64,000 nucleotides of DNA, from positions 6,006-70,005 of the forward strand of contig JASLKP010000005.1 of assembly GCA_030747485.1 (NCBI GenBank), read 5' to 3'. The notes beneath the pieces are model-generated. The model was not told the DNA's origin, searched no databases, and saw only the letters and a program-made list of their open reading frames with translations. Position numbers and translations under genes: made by a program. The first letter of the stretch is position 1; the number at the start of each line of letters is the position of its first letter. This stretch comes from Candidatus Thalassarchaeaceae archaeon. Lineage in GTDB: Archaea; Thermoplasmatota; Poseidoniia; Poseidoniales; Thalassarchaeaceae. Below, in pieces: positions 38,251-47,427 of the stretch.

Positions 38251-39867
38251 ATGGAACTCCCAATCATTGGCTGCGCAGGAGTTCATGGGACCATTGGATT
38301 GAGTGAACATGGAATAACACCTCAAGGTGAGGTTCACTGGAATTTAGAATGGCAAGCACTATACCGATTAGCATTGGCAAGAGATGAAGCTGTTTTATCA
38401 GCCAACGGGGTATTAGTTGCCCGTACAGGCGAACGTACTGGTCGCTCACCTAACGACAAATTCATTGTCAAGGAAGGTGAATCAGCAGAACAAATTTGGT
38501 GGGGCGAGGTGAATGTCCCAACGACACCTGCAGTGTTCAACGCACTGAAGGACAAAGTGTGTGACTATCTATCATCGAAAAAAGATTTATTCGTGCAGGA
38601 TTTACATTGTGGGGCTGACGCTGATGAGAGGTTGGCGATTCGTGTAGTCACAGAGAATGCTTGGCATGCCGCATTCTCAAGGAACATGTTTCTCAGACCA
38701 TCAAGCAGTGAAATTGAGACGCATTTACCTGAATTTACTATTCTACACGCCCCTCATTTTCTAGCAAATCCCGAAGAAGATGGAACAAACTCTGATGTTT
38801 TCGTGATGATTTCATTTGAAGAACGTACAGTCATCATCGGAGGAACTCAATATGCTGGAGAAATTAAGAAATCCATTTTCTCGATTATGAACTATTTATT
38901 GCCCACTCGAGGACACTTACCGATGCATTGTTCTTCAAACACGACGGGTGAAAATACAGCCGTGTTCTTCGGTCTATCTGGTACCGGGAAAACTACACTG
39001 TCAGCAGATCCTGCTCGGGCACTTGTGGGGGATGATGAACATGGATGGAATAAGAAAGGTGTGTTCAATTTTGAAGGAGGGTGTTATGCTAAACTGATTG
39101 ACCTCTCAGAAGAAGATGAACCAGCAATATATGCGACAACACGAATCCCTGGTTCTATTCTTGAAAATATTATCTTAGACAAAAATGGAATTCCTGATTT
39201 CAATGATGACTCAATTACTGCAAACACTCGAGGATCATACCCGATTGAATATATCGAAAATCGAACCATCGATAGTATGGCAGGTCATCCTCAAAATGTC
39301 GTATTTCTCACCTGTGATGCATTCGGTGTTCTTCCACCAATCAGTAGACTCACTCCAGAACAAGCAGCCTATCACTTCATTTCGGGATATACAGCAAAAG
39401 TCGCAGGAACCGAAGTGGGAGTGAAAGAGCCACAAGCAACATTCTCCGCCTGCTTTGGAGCCCCATTCATGCCGATGCATCCTAGTGTATATGCTGATCT
39501 TCTAGCAACAAAGATGGCTCAACATGGGGCCACGTGTTGGTTACTCAATACTGGTTGGGTTAATGGGGGCTATGGTCATTCAAAGCGTATCAAAATCAAA
39601 TGGACGCGTGCCCTACTTAATGCAGCACTGGATGGTAGTCTAAACAACGTAGACTTCGTCATAGATCCACGATTTGGCTTTGAAATTCCTCAATCTTGTA
39701 ACAATGTACCTGACGAAATTTTGAATCCGCGTGACACGTGGAGTGATACAAGTGCATACGACGTTACAGCAGACAAATTATCAAGGATGTTTGGTGAAAA
39801 TTTCATTCAGTTTGCTGAAGGAACAAGTGAATCTGTCCTAAACGCAGCACCCAAACCCCTCTCATGA
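38251..39867 (+). CDS. pckA: Phosphoenolpyruvate carboxykinase (ATP)
   Basis: GLSGTGKTTLSAD kinase-1a motif, 538 aa from ATG 38251. The track start at 38170 overlaps the upstream divergent gene. Confidence 0.9.
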   Translation: MELPIIGCAGVHGTIGLSEHGITPQGEVHWNLEWQALYRLALARDEAVLSANGVLVARTGERTGRSPNDKFIVKEGESAEQIWWGEVNVPTTPAVFNALKDKVCDYLSSKKDLFVQDLHCGADADERLAIRVVTENAWHAAFSRNMFLRPSSSEIETHLPEFTILHAPHFLANPEEDGTNSDVFVMISFEERTVIIGGTQYAGEIKKSIFSIMNYLLPTRGHLPMHCSSNTTGENTAVFFGLSGTGKTTLSADPARALVGDDEHGWNKKGVFNFEGGCYAKLIDLSEEDEPAIYATTRIPGSILENIILDKNGIPDFNDDSITANTRGSYPIEYIENRTIDSMAGHPQNVVFLTCDAFGVLPPISRLTPEQAAYHFISGYTAKVAGTEVGVKEPQATFSACFGAPFMPMHPSVYADLLATKMAQHGATCWLLNTGWVNGGYGHSKRIKIKWTRALLNAALDGSLNNVDFVIDPRFGFEIPQSCNNVPDEILNPRDTWSDTSAYDVTADKLSRMFGENFIQFAEGTSESVLNAAPKPLS

Positions 39868-39902
39868 GTCAATAGGCTGCAAAACCTTAGGCGAGTGTCC
39901 TT

Positions 39903-40601
39903 GTGGGACCCACAATGGAGACCCTCGCGGCGGACTACTTCCCTTCGATTTTCCAATCAGGCGGTAGTGTTACTGGACTCAATTTTCCAGATGAAGAGCC
40001 CATTTGGTCGATGTTGGATCAATCTAATCCATCAGGATTAGCATCACAACTAGAGTTTTTACTCAAAGGATTAGGATCAAACACACGTGGATTGCACTCA
40101 TCAATCACTGTTGATGAACGTAAAGGACCAGTACACATTGTAGATGGATCATTAATTGGGCCCAGTAGCCATATCGAAGGGCCAGCATACATCGCTGGAG
40201 AAGTACGTCATGGTGCCTTGGTACGAAGTCATTCATGGATTTGTAGAGGGGCGATTGTTGGGCACTCAACTGAAATCAAACATAGTCTATTGTTGCCCGG
40301 AGCAAAAGCGCCTCATTTCAATTACGTAGGAGATTCAATTCTAGGGCGGGATGTCAACCTAGGGGCAGGATGTAAGCTCTCTAATTTGAGAAATGATGGA
40401 CGACAAATCAGAATTAGAATTCATACAGGGGAATTCGTGGAATCTGAATTGAGAAAGTTTGGGGCGATTCTAGGTGAAGGTGTTCAAATTGGTTGTAACG
40501 CAGTTTGTAATCCCGGAACCATGCTCGGGCCAGAATGTAATGTCTGGCCAAATGTGACGGTTACGGGCTTCCACTCATCAGGTACTGTCCTTAGGAAGTG
40601 A
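39903..40601 (+). CDS. Left-handed beta-helix (hexapeptide) domain protein resembling the C-terminal domain of sugar-1-phosphate nucleotidyltransferase/acetyltransferases
   Basis: Hexapeptide-like repeats (IGPSSHIEGPAYIAGEVRHGALVRSHSWICRGAIVGHSTEI ... VGDSILGRDVNLGAGCKLSNL). There is no nucleotidyltransferase N-domain. Confidence 0.5.
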   Translation: MGPTMETLAADYFPSIFQSGGSVTGLNFPDEEPIWSMLDQSNPSGLASQLEFLLKGLGSNTRGLHSSITVDERKGPVHIVDGSLIGPSSHIEGPAYIAGEVRHGALVRSHSWICRGAIVGHSTEIKHSLLLPGAKAPHFNYVGDSILGRDVNLGAGCKLSNLRNDGRQIRIRIHTGEFVESELRKFGAILGEGVQIGCNAVCNPGTMLGPECNVWPNVTVTGFHSSGTVLRK

Positions 40602-40605
40602 AGAT

Positions 40606-42279
40606 ATGGAACGCCCGCGATTACACGGGACTGATGGAATTCGTGGACGAATTGGGTTGTTTGAAGGTACCGACGAAGATGCATTGATTGCCCTCGTTGA
40701 AAATCGCCTTCTGAGTCATCGTTCGATGAGAATCATTGGAGAAGCAACCGGATTGTATCTGTGTGAAACAATTGGACTTTCTCCCCTCGTACTGATTGGA
40801 TGGGATCGGAGAGATGGAAATGCTGGACTTATTGACAATTTGGAATCTGGCCTTTCAGCGGCAGGTTGCCGAACTCTGAGAATTGGAGAGGTCCCCACTC
40901 CAGGCATTCATCATGCGGTTCTTTCAGCCTCCGCAGATGCTGGTATGATGATTACAGCGAGTCATAACCCTGCAACAGACTCTGGTGTCAAGTTGTTTAA
41001 TTCCGGGGGATTCAAATCGATGCCAGAAGAAGAAAATCAAATTTCTTCTCTTGCTTGGTCTCTAGTCGATGGTAGGTTAGCAACCCCACAAGAATCAGGG
41101 GAAATAATGGAAGTCATGGATGGAATAACTCTCTACCGCGAGAACCTGAAAAATCGATTAGAAACGTTTTGTGAACTACTCAATATACAATTTGAAGAGA
41201 TTGATTGGTCAGGAATTATTGGAACTCAAGGTCTTGTTTTGGATTGTTCAGGAGGAGCCGCAACATCATGGTTTTCAGATGGACTTAGTCGACGAGGTTT
41301 GAATAGCATCGAAGTGAGTAGTCTACTTGACCCCATTAACAAGAATTGCGGAGCGGGTGGATTATCTCCTACTGATTCATGGTCACTAGAAGAATTACTA
41401 CTCAATCACCGAGAGCATCGGCTACTATGGACACTCGGTCAGCGTTTACAAGAAAACGATGGGGTTCCCCCATGGTCTGTAGGTGAAATTGTTGGCGCAG
41501 CATTAGATGGAGATGGGGACCGCTGTTTGTTAATCGAAGCAACAGAACACGGATTGAAAGTTGTTGATGGTGATCTAATTTGTGACGATATATTGAGAGC
41601 AACTTCGATGATGGATGAACGGGCTTGGAAAGTAGCTACTAGTATCGAAAGTGATTTGGGGTTCTCTGCAAATCTTCAAAGATTGAATCAGCAGCATGAA
41701 TCAATCACAACTGCTGTCGGAGATCGTTGGTTATCTGTTGCTCTCTCTTCAGATGCTATTGGTAAGCAGAGATGGTTGCACTGTGAACAATTCCCTGCAG
41801 TCATCGGAACGGAGGACTCTGGACATTTGGTAATGCCAGTTCCTGTCCCAAATGAGGATAGACTATGGGGCATGGTAGGTGATGGTGCTGCAACACTATT
41901 GCTGGCATTATTATCTCGTGTTAAATTACGAGATGGTACTGGACCCAATTCGTTTGAACAGGGATGGAAAAAACGAATCTCAATCCAACCTAGTAATCGT
42001 AGCCTATGGACAGGAGACAATCGATTGGCCGATTTAATGCATGAGACTGCCGAATCCTGGTGTAAATCACCACTTCAAAGAATCTCAATTGAAGGTGAGC
42101 CTGCATTACTATTCCTTTCTGGAACCCTTCAAGAAAAACCGATCTCGATTGCAATTCGCAATTCTGGAACAGAAGCCAAAACGGCAATATCAGTCAGATT
42201 TTCGTCAGGAATTGAACGAGATGGTAGCGAATTAATCGAAACCTTGATTGATACACTTCAACCTCATCTAAAGCCATAA
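40606..42279 (+). CDS. Phosphohexomutase (phosphoglucosamine/phosphomannomutase family)
   Basis: GTDGIRG N-terminus and TASHNP active-site serine loop, 557 aa. Confidence 0.85.
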   Translation: MERPRLHGTDGIRGRIGLFEGTDEDALIALVENRLLSHRSMRIIGEATGLYLCETIGLSPLVLIGWDRRDGNAGLIDNLESGLSAAGCRTLRIGEVPTPGIHHAVLSASADAGMMITASHNPATDSGVKLFNSGGFKSMPEEENQISSLAWSLVDGRLATPQESGEIMEVMDGITLYRENLKNRLETFCELLNIQFEEIDWSGIIGTQGLVLDCSGGAATSWFSDGLSRRGLNSIEVSSLLDPINKNCGAGGLSPTDSWSLEELLLNHREHRLLWTLGQRLQENDGVPPWSVGEIVGAALDGDGDRCLLIEATEHGLKVVDGDLICDDILRATSMMDERAWKVATSIESDLGFSANLQRLNQQHESITTAVGDRWLSVALSSDAIGKQRWLHCEQFPAVIGTEDSGHLVMPVPVPNEDRLWGMVGDGAATLLLALLSRVKLRDGTGPNSFEQGWKKRISIQPSNRSLWTGDNRLADLMHETAESWCKSPLQRISIEGEPALLFLSGTLQEKPISIAIRNSGTEAKTAISVRFSSGIERDGSELIETLIDTLQPHLKP

Positions 42280-42789
42280 TCAAAGTATGAATCGTGGCAA
42301 ATGACGAGCTGCTGTGCCGACACCAACCATTCCAATCAGGGCGCCTTCTTCATCGACAACTGCAAGTTGATTCAAATCATGGGTGAGTAACAACACGACT
42401 GCCTTCAGTAATGGTGTGTTTTCTTTCACACTCAAAGGCGGGGTACTAACACATTGTAACGCAGGAACGGCCTCAGCCCATGCCATATCTCGATTCACAC
42501 GTTTCAAATCCACCATTTTCAATAAATCTACAGCGTGAACACGACCAACGGGTAGTAGATATTCATCAACAAGGAAAAGATGATCCCAATTATTTTCAGT
42601 CATTACATGGATGACTTTCGATACTGATGCCTTGGCATCTAGCATGTGTGGTGCTTCCATCACTTCTCCGCATTGCAACTTACGCACTGCGGCAGACCGT
42701 GATGACTTGGACATACTGCGTCGGCCCGCTGATGAATCTTTGAACATAACACCCATACACATCTCCTCCTGCTGCGCCCCCAAACGCAT
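42280..42789 (-). CDS. CBS-domain pair protein
   Basis: Two CBS-like segments (KVIHVMTENNWDHLFLVDE ... ; LLTHDLNQLAVVDEEGALIGMVG). The start is uncertain; internal Mets are plausible alternatives. Confidence 0.6.
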   Translation of the reverse strand: MRLGAQQEEMCMGVMFKDSSAGRRSMSKSSRSAAVRKLQCGEVMEAPHMLDAKASVSKVIHVMTENNWDHLFLVDEYLLPVGRVHAVDLLKMVDLKRVNRDMAWAEAVPALQCVSTPPLSVKENTPLLKAVVLLLTHDLNQLAVVDEEGALIGMVGVGTAARHLPRFIL

Positions 42790-42894
42790 CCTATTTCAAT
42801 CCATACACTTCCAGCATACGGAAACATATTCGTTCTAATAATCAATTAAACTACGAATTCTGGAATTGTGGGCACAGTGAACGGTTAGCGGCAA

Positions 42895-43326
42895 TTGCTA
42901 AAATACATCATGGATGGAGTTGATTCGATTACCGTGCTACCAGAGAGTGCATTGCAGAAACTCGATTCGATGGATGATTATGATCGATTGCTAGCTTTCG
43001 ACAGATTTGGCAGTGATTATCGGATGAGTGCAGGGGAGGTTGAGGTTCAATTCAATGCTTGGAAACGTGGAGAAGCCGCTCCTACTCCGAGTACTTCAAC
43101 TCCACAAGCGCCTCCCGTAGTTGGAGGAGAAGCTGCAAACTACTTGTCCGATGCACATCGTTATCGAGTTGAATATGATCCAAGTAAAGATGGATTACAA
43201 CGGCAAGCCCAAGTTGAACAAGCTGTAATTTGTCCAGGTTGTGGTTCTGCATTGGGCATTCCTGCAACCCGTCCAATCAAGGTTACCTGCCCGAATTGTA
43301 TGACAGACTCAACATTCACGTCGTGA
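42895..43326 (+). CDS. Small zinc-ribbon protein, function unknown
   Basis: C-terminal CPGC...(17 aa)...CPNC zinc ribbon and an Ala/Pro/Thr-rich linker. Confidence 0.45.
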   Translation: MLKYIMDGVDSITVLPESALQKLDSMDDYDRLLAFDRFGSDYRMSAGEVEVQFNAWKRGEAAPTPSTSTPQAPPVVGGEAANYLSDAHRYRVEYDPSKDGLQRQAQVEQAVICPGCGSALGIPATRPIKVTCPNCMTDSTFTS

Positions 43327-43407
43327 ATGGTGCGGATTGTACAATGATTGAAAGCAGAATTCGGTCCCTCGCAGGGCACGGGGAACCGTCAAGGGGGGAT
43401 ATTGGAT

Positions 43408-44532
43408 ATGGTCAGGACACTAGTAATGACCGTTGATCGTGACAACGATTTAGGGGTCAAAGCGGGAATCCGCGGCTCTGTTGTAGGTCGTCGACAGGTC
43501 CTCACAGCAGCATTACGACTGGGTATTGCAGACCCTGAAGAAAGTGATACCAATGCAATTCTAGGGGCTTTACATCAACACGACTTGCTCGCAGAACAAG
43601 CAGAACCCAGTGATGCCGTAGAAATTGCCATTCTAACTGGTGATGAACGAGTTGGGATAAAATCCGATAGGATGATTGCTCAACAACTTGAAGATGTGAT
43701 TTCTGAATTCCAACCAGACCGTGGTGTTTTGGTGACTGATGGAATGGAGGATGAATCAATCATGCCGATTCTCTCAAGTCGGCTATCAATTGATCATGTT
43801 GAGAAAATTATCGTGCGCCAATCAAAAGGGATTGAAGGTACGTACTACTACATCGTGAAGGCAATTGAAGATCCAAGATGGAGAGCTAAGTTGCTAGTGC
43901 CACTCTCAATCTTCATGATGATTCTCGGACTAGGGATGATTTTACCCAATGGTAGCGCTTTGATCGGAGCAATGCCTTTGATTCTGGGGATTTACCTATT
44001 GTTCAAGGGATTGGGAGCAGAACAACAACTTGAACGATTGGTTAGAGAAATGAGGGAGTCTGCAGATGCCGCGATTTTATCCTCACTCTTATGGTCAATT
44101 ACTGGCGTAGCCGTATTACTCGCCGTGGTCGAAGGGTATGATACATTCACTGAGATTGATAATATGTCAATACGACCAGAGGGTGGGGCATTTTATGTCG
44201 GTTTGAAGGTCTTGCAAAGTGCACTAACATGGATCGTGTTGGGTGCACTAGCATTTGCATTATCTTTGATGGTACTGCGTTGGAGAAAGGGAACGTTTAC
44301 TGGACGTTCCATCCTCATTGTTGCTTTCGGTTTCGTTCTTTGGACAATGTCGAAAGCAACGCTAAGTGTTGCGATTACAATTGTCAGCGGTGCTGGTTAT
44401 GAATACGATGTTAGCACCATTATGGCTGATTGGGGAGATACCCTTGTTGCATTATTCATCTTCTGGGCAGTACGTGTCGGTGTGCGCTCATGGGTGACTC
44501 GTCAAGACACGGGGCGTTATTGGGGCGTTTGA
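43408..44532 (+). CDS. DUF373-family archaeal membrane protein
   Basis: The N-terminus VRTLVMTVDRDNDLGVKAGIRGSVVGRRQVLTAALRLGIADPEESDTNAILGAL resembles the DUF373 soluble domain, followed by about 6 TM helices. ATG 43408 is preferred over the track start 43348. Confidence 0.55.
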   Translation: MVRTLVMTVDRDNDLGVKAGIRGSVVGRRQVLTAALRLGIADPEESDTNAILGALHQHDLLAEQAEPSDAVEIAILTGDERVGIKSDRMIAQQLEDVISEFQPDRGVLVTDGMEDESIMPILSSRLSIDHVEKIIVRQSKGIEGTYYYIVKAIEDPRWRAKLLVPLSIFMMILGLGMILPNGSALIGAMPLILGIYLLFKGLGAEQQLERLVREMRESADAAILSSLLWSITGVAVLLAVVEGYDTFTEIDNMSIRPEGGAFYVGLKVLQSALTWIVLGALAFALSLMVLRWRKGTFTGRSILIVAFGFVLWTMSKATLSVAITIVSGAGYEYDVSTIMADWGDTLVALFIFWAVRVGVRSWVTRQDTGRYWGV

Positions 44533-45665
44533 GAATTTTCGGCACTTTCCGTGATTTGGTCATCACGATGTTTTGATCTCTGTTTTGCACGAAGAAATTT
44601 GAGTGGATGGTCCATCCATTCTTTACTACAAAGGGACGATTGAACATCCCCCCTACTCACTGGGCAACAGGCATTGATTTGGAGTTTAGAACAACCATGT
44701 GGAGTGTATTCATTTTCGTATACATGGGCGATTTGGTATCGCGTAGTCTCCTCAGAATAATCTGGTGCTTGTTTGAAAAATGCATGTGCATCATCTTCTG
44801 ATAAACCAATGACTCGAGAAATGCTAGCGAGGAACACTCGACCGACATGATTCACGTTGACGGATTGTGCCAACTGTGTTGAAATCTCACTCATACAAGG
44901 TGGCCAATCTCCTTCATCAGTAGCAGTAAACGATACCTCGGTCGTTGCTTGATGTTGTAACAGACCTAGAATTCGTCCCACTTCATCAGCCATCTTTCCT
45001 GCAAATTCTTCATCCATTCGCTCCATTCGTTCCCGGCAATCATCAATCAATTCCAAGCGAATTCTTTCTTTGAGCAAACGAGATAGGCGCTGTTGACTAT
45101 TTTCATTTCCAGATGGTGACATGGTTACCCATCCTTGCCGTACTGGCCGATTAGGCAATCTCCAATATGGACCACTGATTTTGGGACATAATTCTATGAA
45201 GTCGATCATTGGAACTTCCCAATCACCAGATTCTCCAAATCTTACCTCTGAAAGATATGTGGAGGCGAGTTCCTGAAACATCTCGGGACGCTCGACAGAT
45301 CCCCATAGTTGATCTGCGCGACTAGATTCACCTTCAGCCCATCGAGCAAGTAAGCGTTCATCGAATGATGCACACACAGTGACCATCGCATACAGGAATG
45401 ATAGGCACTCAACCATCTGTCCATATGGAGTATGGATATCGACGGATGTCGCAGCATCAATGTCTTTGTGAACGATCGATTCAACCAATCTAACTCTAGC
45501 ACGCTCTCGTACTTCTTCAAGCCATTCCGTTTCAATCAATGATTGGATGTCAATATTATTCGCATCCATGTGAATTTTGATGATAGAACGAGCCTGGGGG
45601 AGGAATGGATACCGTGCTGTGATGACGGGGTCCTCGATGGTCGGCAGGCCGATTGGCATGGGCAT
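44517..45665 (-). CDS. priL: DNA primase large subunit PriL
   Basis: The helical N-domain is followed by a C-terminal Fe-S domain (WPPCMSEI ... C ... CC ... C ... HPLKFL). The start codon may lie further upstream, up to the track's 45731. Confidence 0.7.
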   Translation of the reverse strand: MPMPIGLPTIEDPVITARYPFLPQARSIIKIHMDANNIDIQSLIETEWLEEVRERARVRLVESIVHKDIDAATSVDIHTPYGQMVECLSFLYAMVTVCASFDERLLARWAEGESSRADQLWGSVERPEMFQELASTYLSEVRFGESGDWEVPMIDFIELCPKISGPYWRLPNRPVRQGWVTMSPSGNENSQQRLSRLLKERIRLELIDDCRERMERMDEEFAGKMADEVGRILGLLQHQATTEVSFTATDEGDWPPCMSEISTQLAQSVNVNHVGRVFLASISRVIGLSEDDAHAFFKQAPDYSEETTRYQIAHVYENEYTPHGCSKLQINACCPVSRGDVQSSLCSKEWMDHPLKFLRAKQRSKHRDDQITESAENSQTPQ

Positions 45666-45722
45666 GGAGTCTCTACCCTGTGAACGAGGGTTCTTCAAGG
45701 CTCTCCATACCTCACAAAGGTA

Positions 45723-46454
45723 GTGGCCCACACAATATCGCCGGACCTGATTGCAATTCAGGATGAAATTAGATTTGATTTTGGTTGGACTTTAGATGCA
45801 GATCTAAATTCTGCGAGAGAATTACGAGAAGAGTGTGAATTGAAAGCATGGCCAAAAGGAATTTGGTCAGATTCCGGTAGAAAACAAACGTTACTTGATT
45901 TGCAAGAGAGATTAATTTCAGGACCAATCACTGTACTTGGTGCAGCTGCTACTGCTGATGATGTAAATGCTGCAATCAATGCTGGGCATGGGATTATTGC
46001 AGCAGATGGTGCTGTTGGTGTGTTGACTGATTTTGGTTTTTCAGAAATTGTTTGGAATTCATTACGATGTGTGGTTAGTGATGCTGATGGAGATGAAGAA
46101 CATCTAGCAAATGCTGCTGAGCGAGGGATTCCATTCATATTACACGCACACGGAGATAATTTTGATGAATGGAGGGCACTTCTGGATGTTCTCTATCTCT
46201 ACAAAACTCCACTCGTCATCACCCATCAGACCCCGGACGACATCATTGGCATGTACAATCCAGGAGGATTTACTGATGGTGATCGTGCCGTTTGTTTTGC
46301 CTTGTCAATGAATGTCAGTGTGGAACTACTCACCCTGCGGGGATTTGCGACCGACCATATTGGAAAGTGGACAGGAGCAACCAACCCAAAACAAAAGATG
46401 CGAAAATTAGAGTGGATGGCTCGCGTCCTTGAGCTCGCGGGGGTGGAGTGGTGA
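45723..46454 (+). CDS. MptE-like 6-hydroxymethyl-7,8-dihydropterin pyrophosphokinase (DUF115 family)
   Basis: IIAADGAVGVL ... VVSDADGDEEHL ... FILHAHGDNFDEW matches the conserved DUF115/MptE motifs, 243 aa. Confidence 0.6.
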   Translation: MAHTISPDLIAIQDEIRFDFGWTLDADLNSARELREECELKAWPKGIWSDSGRKQTLLDLQERLISGPITVLGAAATADDVNAAINAGHGIIAADGAVGVLTDFGFSEIVWNSLRCVVSDADGDEEHLANAAERGIPFILHAHGDNFDEWRALLDVLYLYKTPLVITHQTPDDIIGMYNPGGFTDGDRAVCFALSMNVSVELLTLRGFATDHIGKWTGATNPKQKMRKLEWMARVLELAGVEW

Positions 46455-47425
46455 ATCTCATTCAAGAAGCGATGAAGCGAGAAGAAAGTGATGATGTGAA
46501 GCCGAAAAAAAGGGCTTCAAAAAATCCTCGAGTACGAACAATGACGACCATTGTGACTTGGATTTTACTCAATGTAATCTGGATGTTTGCTGTCAGTACA
46601 CCATCTACTCACTATGTGATGGACCATGATACTAAATTCGATACCAGTCATCGTTTGGAAGCCCCTAATCTAATGAATATTGGAAGCAATGTTCCTGTTA
46701 CATTGACCTGCGAATTCAAGCCCACAGAGAATATTGGTGCTACAGCATGGATTGAAATCACACTCAAACACAATGATATTGATACCACTCTGTGGGAAGG
46801 AAATGTTACTGATGATTGTCCTGCCATTAAACTAGAATTAGCACCAGGGACATACTATTTCATCTCAACAGTATTCAATGAATCAAGAGGAGATGTGTTT
46901 CATCATCCAAATATTCCAATATCTGGAAAAATGAATTTGGACATGTATCTATGGGAAGCACATACGATAGGTGGATATGTTGTTCTGAATATCTTAGGTT
47001 TGGTGCTCTTCGTTAGTGAAAAAGCAATTCGTCATTGGGCCTCACTAAAACGTAAACGAAGAGATGAGAATATTCCATTACACAAACGGCGTCAGAGAGA
47101 GGAATGGGAACAAGTCATGGGGAGCATGTCTGGTGGCGATGCTGTCGATATTGAAGACCTAGATATTCAACGAAATGAGCCGATTGAAGATGGTATGGAA
47201 AGTAAACGTAGGCGAATGCGTGAACAGTTTGCTGCACAGGCAGCCAATGCCGATGGTGACATCGATGAATATGAAGATGATACTGTCGAACATGACGATG
47301 AACTCGGCGAAGGGACGACCGAAGGTTTGACTGGAGAAGTCAAGGAAGATCGCAACATTCGAACGGTCGGAGATATCTGGCGGCGACTAAGTAGTCGTGA
47401 AGACAAAAAGAAAGGTAAACGCTGA
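46448..47425 (+). CDS. Bitopic membrane protein with extracellular beta-rich domain and K/R/E-rich cytoplasmic tail, unknown function
   Basis: Two TM helices (IVTWILLNVIWMFAV and GGYVVLNILGLVLFV) and an acidic/basic low-complexity C-terminus. Confidence 0.45.
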   Translation: MVNLIQEAMKREESDDVKPKKRASKNPRVRTMTTIVTWILLNVIWMFAVSTPSTHYVMDHDTKFDTSHRLEAPNLMNIGSNVPVTLTCEFKPTENIGATAWIEITLKHNDIDTTLWEGNVTDDCPAIKLELAPGTYYFISTVFNESRGDVFHHPNIPISGKMNLDMYLWEAHTIGGYVVLNILGLVLFVSEKAIRHWASLKRKRRDENIPLHKRRQREEWEQVMGSMSGGDAVDIEDLDIQRNEPIEDGMESKRRRMREQFAAQAANADGDIDEYEDDTVEHDDELGEGTTEGLTGEVKEDRNIRTVGDIWRRLSSREDKKKGKR

Positions 47426-47427
47426 AT

